DNA of 64,000 bases from an uncultured Alphaproteobacteria bacterium (GTDB taxonomy: Bacteria; Pseudomonadota; Alphaproteobacteria; Rhizobiales; Xanthobacteraceae). This document shows positions 32,691 through 43,521 of the stretch, one piece after another. Numbering within the stretch: position 1 is the first letter of the stretch; the number at the start of each line of letters is the position of its first letter. Made by a program: the position numbers and the translations under genes. The notes beneath the pieces were generated by a model. It saw only the letters and a list, made by a program, of their open reading frames with translations, did no database searches and had not been told where the DNA came from. The DNA is taken from the NCBI GenBank assembly GCA_963793165.1, contig CAWBYU010000009.1, positions 191,944-255,943 on the forward strand. The letters run 5' to 3'.

Positions 32691-32715
32691 GGAACTTTTG
32701 AGCCGGCTTCGCATT
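32691..32715 (+). promoter_or_regulatory. sigma-EcfG promoter of nepR-ecfG
   Basis: GGAAC(32691-32695)-N16-CATT(32712-32715). Confidence 0.75.
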
Positions 32716-32808
32716 AGGTTTCCATTGAGACGCCGCAACGGCTTCAAAATCAAGGAATAATTATTGAAGTTTCAGGGACTTAACTCTCGGGGAAGCGTGG
32801 AACAGGTC

Positions 32809-33027
32809 ATGAAAGATTTAAAGTCTCAAGCCGGCAAGCCGGGAAAGCAAGGCGCCCTCAACGCCGAAATTCAGTCGAGGATCGGCCATCAGCTCCGCGC
32901 CATGTACGACGATGTCGTCCGGCAAGGGGTCCCCGACCGGTTCGCGGAACTGATTCGGAAGCTTGATACGTCCCAGACGCCACCCCAAGTGGAAGATGCG
33001 GGCGATCCAAATGACGGGAGGGAGTAA
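32809..33027 (+). CDS. nepR: NepR anti-sigma factor
   Basis: IGHQLRAMYDDVVRQGVPDRFAELIRKL; stop overlaps the ecfG start. Confidence 0.92.
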   Translation: MKDLKSQAGKPGKQGALNAEIQSRIGHQLRAMYDDVVRQGVPDRFAELIRKLDTSQTPPQVEDAGDPNDGRE

Positions 33028-33575
33028 TGCCTCTCACAGACTCACTCCGCGACGATATCCTGGCGTCGGTTCCGAGCCTGCGTGCGTTCGCTATCTCGCT
33101 CAGCGGCAACGGCGACCGGGCCGACGATCTGGTGCAGGAAACCCTGCTGCGCGCGCTTGCCAATATCGACTCGTTCCAGCCGGGCTCGAATCTGCCGGCG
33201 TGGCTGTTCACGATTCTGCGCAACCTGTTCCGCTCCGATTATCGCAAGCGGCGGCGCGAGGTGGAGGACGCCGATGGCAGCTATGCCAAGACGCTGAAAA
33301 CCCAGCCGGCCCAAGGCGCGCATCTGGAGTTCGAGGAATTCCGCGCGGCGCTCGAGAAGCTGCCACAGGACCAGCGCGAAGCGTTGATCCTGGTGGGCGC
33401 CTCCGGCTTCTCCTATGAGGATGCCGCGGCGATCTGCGGCTGCGCGGTCGGCACCATCAAGAGCCGGGTCAACCGGGCGCGATCGAAACTAAGTGCGTTG
33501 CTTTACGTCGACGGTGCCGAGGATTTCGGGCCCGACGAAACGGTACGCGCCGTGATCGGCGGCAGCGGCGGCTGA
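33027..33575 (+). CDS. ecfG: ECF15 sigma factor EcfG
   Basis: LRAFAISL..ADDLVQETL..WLFTILRN..GTIKSRVNRAR; adjacent to phyR-nepR. Confidence 0.93.
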   Translation: MPLTDSLRDDILASVPSLRAFAISLSGNGDRADDLVQETLLRALANIDSFQPGSNLPAWLFTILRNLFRSDYRKRRREVEDADGSYAKTLKTQPAQGAHLEFEEFRAALEKLPQDQREALILVGASGFSYEDAAAICGCAVGTIKSRVNRARSKLSALLYVDGAEDFGPDETVRAVIGGSGG

Positions 33576-33600
33576 TTTCAGTCGGTTCAGCGATCCCAAG

Positions 33601-33634
33601 AAAAAAGGTGGCCACACACGGTGGCCACCTTTTT
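33601..33634. terminator. Bidirectional intrinsic terminator
   Basis: AAAAAGGTGGCCAC-loop-GTGGCCACCTTTTT. Confidence 0.85.
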
Positions 33635-33646
33635 GTTGCGAAGATT

Positions 33647-33685
33647 CGTAGGATGGGCAAAGGCGCGCTTCGCGCCGTGCCCACC
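33647..33685 (+). repeat. GTAG-type REP-like palindrome
   Basis: CGTAGGATGGGCAAAGGCGCG-CTT-CGCGCCGTGCCCACC. Confidence 0.7.
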
Positions 33686-33709
33686 GTCCAGTCCCGCATC
33701 AGCTCGACC

Positions 33710-35368
33710 CTAACGGCCCGTTCTCGGCGGCGCCGACAATTGTTCGGTCCGGTCCCGCTCCGTCATGTCGATAACGGTCTGCATCGGCGCGGTGAGTTCG
33801 TAGACGTAACTCACATCGGTAAAATACCGCTTCGAGATTCCGCCCAGCGCCTCCGGAGCAACGCGGTCGAGCAGGATGACGCCGAAGTCGCTGTCTTCCC
33901 TGCGGGTCGCGGCACTGGTGTTGAACTCTTCCCAGCGGAAGTGAAAGGTGGTGTCCGGCTCGTCTCCGGTGACTTCCCAATGCGCGACGATGTGGGGGTG
34001 CTTGCCGACCAGCGAAAGCCCCTCGTCGGAATGCGACGCCAGTTCGAAGAACAACAGCGAGAGGCTCTGCGCCGCGCGGGCGCTGACGGCGATATCGGGT
34101 CCGCTGACCGCGATCCGCTCGGCGTGGGGAATCGCCCGCGCTTCGAACAGTCCTTTAAGTTTGACGCCCTGCCACTGGCTTTCGCTCAACAGCGAAACCA
34201 CGTTCGACATCGCGTGGATCCGGCCGATCAGGAGTTCGCGGGCGACATCGATATCCGAACCATGGCGCAGCGTGCGCGTCACGATCGACTGGATCACCGC
34301 CAGGATGTTCTTGACCCGGTGATTGAGTTCGTCGATGACCGCCGTCAACCGGTGCTCGAAGCCGATACGCACCTGAATTTCACGGCTCAGCCGCAAATTA
34401 TTGTAAGCGACATATCCGAACAGCCCGCAAACGATGCCGGTCAGCGCGAGGCCGATGGCAGCCACGATGGCCGCGGTCTGTTGCGCGCGTATCAAGGCAT
34501 TGGTCTTGGCATAATAGCCGAGCGACCAGTCGCGGCCGCCGAACGCCACCGTTCTCACGCTCGACGGTGGGCGCGCTTCCTGGCTCGCCGCCCTGGACGT
34601 GACGATGCCCCGATCGTTCGCAATCAACTCGCTGCCGGTGTCGCGCGGGTCTTTCAGCACGACCGAGAACAGCGACATCTCGTCATTCGCCAGCATCAGC
34701 GGCGCCAATTCATAGGAAAATGTCACGAAGCCCGCCGGCGACGCGTCGCCTTGCTGCAGGACGGGCGTGGCAAGGACAAGACCGATCGGCCCGTCGTGGC
34801 GCAACAGCCGGAGCGGGTCGGACGCCACAGGCTTTCCCTCGGCCATTGCCCGCGCCAGCATCGGTCCCAGAATCGGCTCTTGATCGTAGGAGCGGCCCGC
34901 GAAAGCCATCGTCTCGTTATTCCGGGGTTCGACATCCATCAGCACATCGATCGGCCTGCTGAGAGACCGCGGATCCAACGGCTTGTCATCGAAACCGCGG
35001 ATCGCGGGGTTCGGAAACCCAGCGCTTGCCAGTTCCTTCCGCGCCGCTTCCAGTTCGTCGGGCCTGAGCCGTGCGATCCAGCCCGCGACCATGAAATCGG
35101 TCTTGAACGCATAGATCGAGGACCGCAGCGGCTGCAGCATATTGGCCTTCATGACGCCAGGCGCGCGGAACAGGCCCGAAGCGACCCGGGCGAGCAATTC
35201 GCGCTCGGTCAGCCGGTCCTGGACCAGACTGGCGTGAACGTCGATCGCGCGCGCCAGCGCAATCCTGTCGATCGCCGTTTCCTGATCAAAGACGCGGTAT
35301 GCCGCAAGACCGGAGAGCAGAACCCCGATAAGCGCGATAAAACCAATGATGAAGCCCAGCCGAACCAC
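33710..35368 (-). CDS. CHASE-type membrane sensor, HWE/HRxxN histidine kinase-like, with degenerate ATP-binding motifs
   Basis: Two TMs around a periplasmic domain; ELNHRVKN H-box; ELASHS, WEEFN and DFG replace the N, G1 and G2 boxes. Confidence 0.82.
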   Translation of the reverse strand: MVRLGFIIGFIALIGVLLSGLAAYRVFDQETAIDRIALARAIDVHASLVQDRLTERELLARVASGLFRAPGVMKANMLQPLRSSIYAFKTDFMVAGWIARLRPDELEAARKELASAGFPNPAIRGFDDKPLDPRSLSRPIDVLMDVEPRNNETMAFAGRSYDQEPILGPMLARAMAEGKPVASDPLRLLRHDGPIGLVLATPVLQQGDASPAGFVTFSYELAPLMLANDEMSLFSVVLKDPRDTGSELIANDRGIVTSRAASQEARPPSSVRTVAFGGRDWSLGYYAKTNALIRAQQTAAIVAAIGLALTGIVCGLFGYVAYNNLRLSREIQVRIGFEHRLTAVIDELNHRVKNILAVIQSIVTRTLRHGSDIDVARELLIGRIHAMSNVVSLLSESQWQGVKLKGLFEARAIPHAERIAVSGPDIAVSARAAQSLSLLFFELASHSDEGLSLVGKHPHIVAHWEVTGDEPDTTFHFRWEEFNTSAATRREDSDFGVILLDRVAPEALGGISKRYFTDVSYVYELTAPMQTVIDMTERDRTEQLSAPPRTGR

Positions 35369-35661
35369 TCGCTTACTCTGAAATGAGAAGTTGGCGTAGA
35401 AGATGAGGTAACTGCCGCCTGCAATGGCGGTAACAAACCGAAATGCGATGCAAGCCAACCGGCCGGCATAATGAAGGAGCGATCATTGATAGGCAACTAT
35501 GGCAGGCGAGAAGGATTAACGGAGTTTAACATCCTGGCTGTCCCGGCAAAGAGAGAGCGTGTTAATCGCAGCCGCTCGATTTAGTTCCTGTCGCGGGCGA
35601 GGTTTTTTTCCGCGCTCAGTTTGGTGCGGCGCGCCATCAACCTTAACAAGATCCGTTCAGC

Positions 35662-36294
35662 TCACTTTGCCTTGGCCGACACCCGCAGACCGCCTTTGGT
35701 CTCGATAAAACCGATAATCCGCTCCAGCCCCTCGCTCTTCTTGAGGTTGGTCATGACGAACGGCCGCTCGCCGCGCATCCTTTTTGCATCGGCATCCATT
35801 TTCTCCAGCGAGGCGCCGACATGGGGCGCCAGATCAATCTTGTTGATAACGAGAAGGTCCGAGCGGGTGATGCCCGGTCCGCCCTTCGACGGAATCTTGT
35901 CGCCGGCCGCGACGTCGATCACATAGATCGTGAGATCGGCGAGTTCGGGCGAAAAGGTCGCAGCCAGATTGTCGCCCCCAGATTCGATCAGCACCATGTC
36001 GAGACCGGGGAACTTGGCGCGCATGTCGGCGACCGCGGCGAGATTCATCGAGGCGTCCTCGCGTATCGCGGTATGCGGGCAGCCGCCGGTCTCGACCCCG
36101 GCAATGCGATCGGGCGTCAGCGATCCCGAGCGCACCAGGAATTCCGCATCCCATTTGGTGTAGATATCGTTGGTGATCGCCGCGATGTCATAGCGCTCGC
36201 GCATGGTCTTGCAGAGCAGATCCATCAGCGCGGTCTTTCCCGATCCGACCGGACCCCCGATGCCGACGCGAAGCGGGCCGTGAGATTTGGACAT
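35662..36294 (-). CDS. ureG: Urease accessory GTPase UreG
   Basis: [26 protein letters not shown]. Confidence 0.96.
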   Translation of the reverse strand: MSKSHGPLRVGIGGPVGSGKTALMDLLCKTMRERYDIAAITNDIYTKWDAEFLVRSGSLTPDRIAGVETGGCPHTAIREDASMNLAAVADMRAKFPGLDMVLIESGGDNLAATFSPELADLTIYVIDVAAGDKIPSKGGPGITRSDLLVINKIDLAPHVGASLEKMDADAKRMRGERPFVMTNLKKSEGLERIIGFIETKGGLRVSAKAK

Positions 36295-36333
36295 GTCAGT
36301 TGCTCTTTCCATTATTGCGTCGCGTTCCGCTAT

Positions 36334-36457
36334 CGCGTCGTCCCCGCGAAAGCGGGGACCCATAGCCACCGGCCTTGATTGTTGCACAAGGTCTCTGCCA
36401 CATCGTCCAAACGACGGAGCACGGCGTATGGGTCCCGGCCTTCGCCGGGACGACGCG
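36334..36457. repeat. CGTC-type REP doublet (inverted pair)
   Basis: CGTCGTCCCCGCGAAAGCGGGGACCCATA ... TATGGGTCCCGGCCTTCGCCGGGACGACG. Confidence 0.8.
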
Positions 36458-36483
36458 TTGATGTGTGGCGCACGACACGCGCA

Positions 36484-37209
36484 TCATGACCTGAACAACC
36501 GCGTGTACTGCGTCTCGTGCCGCATGCCGGCGAGATCGGCGCGAAAGGTCGCGCTGCCGAGATCGTCGAGCGATGCATCGAGCGCCCGTTTTCCGGTTGC
36601 GACCACGACGGGCTCGAGCCAGGCGAGCAGGCGCTGGCTATCGGTTTGCCCGAGCGGAACGAGACGCGCGCCTGACGATATCCAGTTCGACACCAGCGCG
36701 TGCAGGAACGCATGCATCGTCGGCGCAAGAGGAACCCGGTGCGCCGCGCTGACAAGGCCGACCGCGACGGGATAGACGATGGCGCCGTCGCAGCCCAAAA
36801 TCATCCGATCCAACCCATCGCAATTCCATGCGGCGCGCGCGATATCGATGAAGGCGCGGCCCTGCGCCGAGGTCTCGAGCTGACGCTCGCGCGAGGGCAC
36901 GAAGGCGGCCGCCAGTTCGGCGATGTCGCGCAGTCCGGCATCGTCGCGCGAGAGCACGGCCCGGTGCGCGTGCGCCAGAAAAACGCCGTCGCAAAATCCG
37001 GCTCCTTCCGCGAGCATCGAGCCGAGCCAGTCCCGCAACGAGGCCGCGTCGCCTATATCGCCGGCTTCCACCGCCCATTCGATGCCGCTGGAATAGGAGA
37101 ACGCGCCCACCGGAAACGCCGGCGACAGCCAGGTCATCAGCCGGTACTGCGCCGCCTCGTCGTATTCCATCCCGCAGGGATCGCCGGCCGGCGTCCTACT
37201 TGTGGTCAT
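36484..37209 (-). CDS. ureF: Urease accessory protein UreF
   Basis: [36 protein letters not shown]. Confidence 0.95.
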   Translation of the reverse strand: MTTSRTPAGDPCGMEYDEAAQYRLMTWLSPAFPVGAFSYSSGIEWAVEAGDIGDAASLRDWLGSMLAEGAGFCDGVFLAHAHRAVLSRDDAGLRDIAELAAAFVPSRERQLETSAQGRAFIDIARAAWNCDGLDRMILGCDGAIVYPVAVGLVSAAHRVPLAPTMHAFLHALVSNWISSGARLVPLGQTDSQRLLAWLEPVVVATGKRALDASLDDLGSATFRADLAGMRHETQYTRLFRS

Positions 37210-37870
37210 GAGCACGGGAATGATCGTGGTGATGATGGTCGTGGTCGCAATGCTCGTCATGGTGATGGTCATCACCGTGGTGATGGTCATCACCGTGGTG
37301 ATGGTGATCACCGGGGTGATGGTGATCACCGGGGTGATGGTGATCGCCGGGGTGATGGTGATCGCCATGATCGTGCGCGGCATGATCATGCGCTGTGTGG
37401 GGATGCGTCTGGACCTCCGGCGCCGCATGCGCATGGCCGCCGCCGGCATAGGCGCCGCCTTCGGGATCGAACGGCGCCTCGATCTCGATGACGCGGGCGC
37501 CGAGGCCCTTCACCATCGCCTCGATGACGTGATCGCGGCGGATACGCAGGCCCTTGGGCATGATCTGCGTCGGCAGATGGCGGTTGCCGAGATGCCAGGC
37601 GACCCGGACCAGATGGTGCGGGTCCTGCCCGCGGATTTCCAGCAGCGGCTCCGGCGCCGCGACCACCTCGACCAGCCGGTTATCGTCGAGCACCAGCGCG
37701 TCGCCGCCGCGCAGCGCCACCGCGTGTTCCAGATCGAGCAGGAACTCAAGTCCGCGCGTGCCCGTCATCGCCATCCGACGCCGGTGACGGTCGTCGAAAT
37801 CGAGCACGACGGTATCGGCCGGCGCTTCCGTCCAGCGATGCGGGCTGCGGACCTGCGTCGCGCGAATCAT
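37196..37870 (-). CDS. ureE: Urease accessory Ni chaperone UreE with long His-rich tail
   Basis: [21 protein letters not shown], His-rich C-terminus. Confidence 0.95.
   Translation of the reverse strand: MIRATQVRSPHRWTEAPADTVVLDFDDRHRRRMAMTGTRGLEFLLDLEHAVALRGGDALVLDDNRLVEVVAAPEPLLEIRGQDPHHLVRVAWHLGNRHLPTQIMPKGLRIRRDHVIEAMVKGLGARVIEIEAPFDPEGGAYAGGGHAHAAPEVQTHPHTAHDHAAHDHGDHHHPGDHHHPGDHHHPGDHHHHGDDHHHGDDHHHDEHCDHDHHHHDHSRAHDHK
37261..37368. repeat. Six tandem 18-bp units encoding the UreE His tail
   Basis: GGTGATGGTSATCRCCNN x6 on the plus strand. Confidence 0.9.
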
Positions 37871-37880
37871 GAGAAAGTAC

Positions 37881-38180
37881 TCACAGCTTCTCGACCTTCC
37901 CGTCGCTGATGATCTCGATCACCGTCGGCGATACCTTGAGCGGCGCGGAATATTCGCGCCAGACCTTCATATGCGGCGCCCGGCCATGGGCATTGAGGTC
38001 TTCGCGGGTTTCCCAGCGCTCGACCACCACGAACAGGTTGGGATCGTTGATGCTGCTGTGGCTCTCATAGGACAGGCAGCCTTTTTCCTTGCGGGTGGCG
38101 GCGATGCATTCCTTGGCGCCCTTGATGAAGGCATCGCGCTGGTCCGGCTTCACCTGCGAGGTGGCGACGACATAGATCAT
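37881..38180 (-). CDS. ABM-family putative quinol monooxygenase (copy 2)
   Basis: [28 protein letters not shown]. Confidence 0.85.
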   Translation of the reverse strand: MIYVVATSQVKPDQRDAFIKGAKECIAATRKEKGCLSYESHSSINDPNLFVVVERWETREDLNAHGRAPHMKVWREYSAPLKVSPTVIEIISDGKVEKL

Positions 38181-38204
38181 GGATGGTTCTCCCGTTCTTC
38201 TTGA

Positions 38205-38504
38205 TTAGCGGACGTCGACTTTTTCCGGCGTGATCACTTCGATCCGGGGCGGCGCCGTCATGCATTTCACGGCGACGCGGCCGAAGGTCTTCATGTGGTC
38301 GGCGCCGCGGTGCGGCACCAGCGCCTCGGCGTTTTCCCACTGTTCCACGAACACCATTTTCGCAGGGTCCGTGACGCTTTCATGCAGGTCATAGGCGATA
38401 TTGCCGACTTCCTTGCGGGTTTCCTCGATGCAGGCGGTGGCGGCGGCGATGAATTCGGCGCGCGTTTCAGGCTTCACGGTCAGTGTGGCAACGACATAGA
38501 TCAC
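38205..38504 (-). CDS. ABM-family putative quinol monooxygenase (copy 1)
   Basis: MIYVVAT..TRKEVGNIAYDLH..VFVEQW..H..ADH; GGAGG RBS, GTG start. Confidence 0.85.
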   Translation of the reverse strand: MIYVVATLTVKPETRAEFIAAATACIEETRKEVGNIAYDLHESVTDPAKMVFVEQWENAEALVPHRGADHMKTFGRVAVKCMTAPPRIEVITPEKVDVR

Positions 38505-38549
38505 GATATCCTCCCGGTCTTGTTCTGGCTTAAGGTGCCGGGAAGAAGC

Positions 38550-40262
<1,713 letters not shown>

Positions 40263-40290
40263 GTTTTGGCCCCCGCCGCTTCCAGCATCT

Positions 40291-40596
40291 TCACAGCTTC
40301 CCCATTACGTCGCCGCGGAAGCCATAGACGACGCGCTTGCCGGCCAGCGCCACCAGTTGCACGTCGCGCGTTTGCCCCGGCTCGAAACGCACCGCGGTGC
40401 CGGCGGCGATGTCGAGCCGCATGCCGCGGGCGCGTCTGCGGTCGAATTTCAGCGCCGGATTGGTCTCGAAGAAATGATAATGCGAGCCGACCTGGATCGG
40501 ACGATCGCCCGAATTGGCGACGGTGAGCGTCACCGTCTTGCGGCCGGCATTGAGCTCGATCTCGCCGTCCTGGATGAACAGTTCGCCGGGAATCAT
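40291..40596 (-). CDS. ureB: Urease subunit beta
   Basis: [29 protein letters not shown]. Confidence 0.97.
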   Translation of the reverse strand: MIPGELFIQDGEIELNAGRKTVTLTVANSGDRPIQVGSHYHFFETNPALKFDRRRARGMRLDIAAGTAVRFEPGQTRDVQLVALAGKRVVYGFRGDVMGKL

Positions 40597-40608
40597 GTTT
40601 CCTCCTCA

Positions 40609-40704
40609 GTCATTCCGGGGCGATGCGCAGCATCGAACCCGGAAGTTCGAGATAAATAACTTCTGGATTCCGGATTCGGCCGCTTTGCGGCCCCCCGGAA
40701 TGAC
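40609..40704. repeat. REP-like doublet between ureA and ureB
   Basis: GTCATTCCGGGG...CCCCGGAATGAC terminal inversion with internal hairpins. Confidence 0.8.
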
Positions 40705-40716
40705 GTGCGCTGTGCA

Positions 40717-41018
40717 TCACCGGATCGGCTCGTGCACGGTGACGAGTTTAGTACCGTCCGGAAACGTCGCCTCGACCTGGATGTCGTGGATCATCTCGGC
40801 GATCCCGTCCATGCACTGCGCGCGGGTGATGACCTGCGCGCCGGCCTGCATCAGATCGGCCACGGTGCGGCCGTCGCGCGCACCCTCGACGATGAAATCG
40901 GAAATGATGGCGATGGCTTCCGGGTGGTTGAGCTTGACGCCGCGCTCCAGCCGCCGCCGCGCCACCATCGCGGCCATCGAAATCAGGAGCTTGTCTTTTT
41001 CGCGGGGGAAAGATTCAT
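40717..41018 (-). CDS. ureA: Urease subunit gamma, apparent -1 frameshift in codons 3-5
   Basis: ATG AAT CTT TCC CCC then CGC GAA AAA GAC AAG is one base short; [22 protein letters not shown]. Confidence 0.9.
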
Positions 41019-41040
41019 CCGGGCACTCTGAATAGTTTTG

Positions 41041-41085
41041 TCTGATCTAATTGAGCCTGATCTAGTTAAGCCTGATCTAGTTAAG
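41041..41085. repeat. Three tandem 15-bp copies of the ureD 3' end
   Basis: TCTGATCTAATTGAG, CCTGATCTAGTTAAG, CCTGATCTAGTTAAG. Confidence 0.85.
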
Positions 41086-41913
41086 CCAGAGCCGCGGCAG
41101 CGCGGCGCCACTGGCGCGGCCGAGCACTGCCATCATGTCGGCGCGAAGCCTGGCCGCATCTTGGGCACAGAAGCGCGCCATTGCAAACCCATTCCAGCAG
41201 GAGATGCCGACCTCGCCGCCGAACGATGGCGACAGCTCGCGAATCCGTTCCACCAGCGCCGCATCGCCGGGCACGATCAGCGCCGTGCCAATCGCGACAC
41301 CGCCGTTTGCGATCGCCGGTCGGCCAAGCTTTTCGCCGATGTCGCCGTCGAGCCGCACGGTTTCCGCGAACACCAGCCGGCCGCCGCGCCGCATCCGCCA
41401 GCGGTCGACGAATTCTCCATCCAGCATCCGCTCGCCCATCGCGGCGCGGCCGAACACCACGATTTCGCAGAGCAGAAGCGACGCGTCTTCCGCAAGATCG
41501 ATGTCGATCCGGCGGCGCACCCGCGCCCGGTCGAACAGAATGGTCTCCTGCGGCAGCCAGGCAAGATGCGAGCCCGCCGCGCCTTTCAGCGTAATATTGA
41601 GCTCGGCGGCGGGTGCCTGCGCCCGGTAGACTTTTTCCGCGGCCGCCGTGGTCACCGCAAGGCGCGATCCTTTGCCGGTTGCGATCTCGATGTCGAAGCG
41701 ATCGCCGCCGGCGACGCCGCCCGCGGTGTTGACGAAAACCGCCGACAGGCCCTCCGCCTCCGGTGAGGGAAAACGAACCCGCAGCGAGCCGGATTCGTGC
41801 AGCTGGCCGCGGCGGGTGACGCCCTCGACCTGATGCACGTCGAAGGTCACCGACCCCCTCGCACGGTTGGCCGCGAAGACCGCCGAGGCCGCGCTGGTGC
41901 TATCCGTCCGCAT
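41077..41913 (-). CDS. ureD: Urease accessory protein UreD
   Basis: NTAGGVAGGD, TTAAAEKVYR, WLPQETILF, LPRLW. Confidence 0.94.
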   Translation of the reverse strand: MRTDSTSAASAVFAANRARGSVTFDVHQVEGVTRRGQLHESGSLRVRFPSPEAEGLSAVFVNTAGGVAGGDRFDIEIATGKGSRLAVTTAAAEKVYRAQAPAAELNITLKGAAGSHLAWLPQETILFDRARVRRRIDIDLAEDASLLLCEIVVFGRAAMGERMLDGEFVDRWRMRRGGRLVFAETVRLDGDIGEKLGRPAIANGGVAIGTALIVPGDAALVERIRELSPSFGGEVGISCWNGFAMARFCAQDAARLRADMMAVLGRASGAALPRLWLN

Positions 41914-41970
41914 TCGCCTCCACATCTTCCCAAATAGAGCGCACGACGTTCCATTGCCTCGTCGAAATCT

Positions 41971-42666
41971 CTACAGCGCCATCTGGCGGCTGATTTCGCT
42001 CGCGTCGAGATTGCTGCGATCGCAGGTAAATTTCACCGCACCCCGGTCCATCACGGCGAAATTGTCGCCGAGCTCGCAGGCAAAGTCGAGATATTGTTCG
42101 ACCAGCACGATCGCGATGTTGCCGAGGTTGCGCAAGTAAGAGATGGCGCGGCCGATGTCCTTGATGATCGAAGGCTGGATGCCCTCGGTCGGCTCGTCCA
42201 GCAGCAGCAGTTTCGGCCGCATCACCAGCGCGCGCCCGATCGCGAGTTGCTGCTGCTGGCCGCCGGAGAGATCGCCGCCGCGGCGGCCCAGCATGGATTG
42301 CAACACCGGAAACAGCGAGAACACATCGTCGGGGATATGCCGGTCCTCGCGCTTGAGCGGACCAAAGCCGGTCTTGAGATTTTCCTCCACCGTCAGCAGC
42401 GGAAAGATCTCGCGGCCCTGCGGCACGAAGCCGATACCGCGCCGCGCCCGCTCATAGGGCTTGAGGCCGGTGATATCGGCGCCATCGAATGTGATCGAAC
42501 CGCTGGCGATCGGATACTGGCCGACCATCGCGCGCAAGAGGCTGGTCTTGCCGACGCCGTTACGGCCGAGCACGCACGTCACCTTGCCCGGCTCGGCCGA
42601 GATCGAGACGCCGCGCAGCGCCTGGGCTGCGCCGTAATAGAGGCTGATGTTATCGACGATCAGCAT
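41971..42666 (-). CDS. urtE: Urea ABC ATP-binding protein UrtE
   Basis: GRNGVGKTS, RRGGDLSGGQQQQL, DEPTEGIQPS. Confidence 0.94.
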   Translation of the reverse strand: MLIVDNISLYYGAAQALRGVSISAEPGKVTCVLGRNGVGKTSLLRAMVGQYPIASGSITFDGADITGLKPYERARRGIGFVPQGREIFPLLTVEENLKTGFGPLKREDRHIPDDVFSLFPVLQSMLGRRGGDLSGGQQQQLAIGRALVMRPKLLLLDEPTEGIQPSIIKDIGRAISYLRNLGNIAIVLVEQYLDFACELGDNFAVMDRGAVKFTCDRSNLDASEISRQMAL

Positions 42667-42682
42667 AGGCCGTCCTCATGAC

Positions 42683-42755
42683 GGCGAGCGGCGGATGGCG
42701 AACAGCGCATGGTCAGAGAAGATTCCATTTGCCGTTCGCCACCCGCCATCCGCCC
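42683..42755. repeat. Inverted arrays of degenerate heptamers forming a hairpin
   Basis: GGCGAGC GGCGGAT GGCGAAC ... GTTCGCC ACCCGCC ATCCGCC. Confidence 0.65.
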
Positions 42756-43517
<762 letters not shown>

Positions 43518-43521
43518 GCGC

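Noticed and set aside
35516-35530. CtrA box upstream of the HWE sensor (TTAA-N6-TTAAC)
   Set aside because: Spacer is 6 bp rather than 7; may be half-sites only.
37261-37368. Possible CRISPR array
   Set aside because: Contiguous coding repeats with no spacers; no cas genes in the window.
37202-37909. Plus-strand ORF with repeated VMVIT units resembling a membrane protein
   Set aside because: It is the antisense reading of the UreE His-codon repeats.
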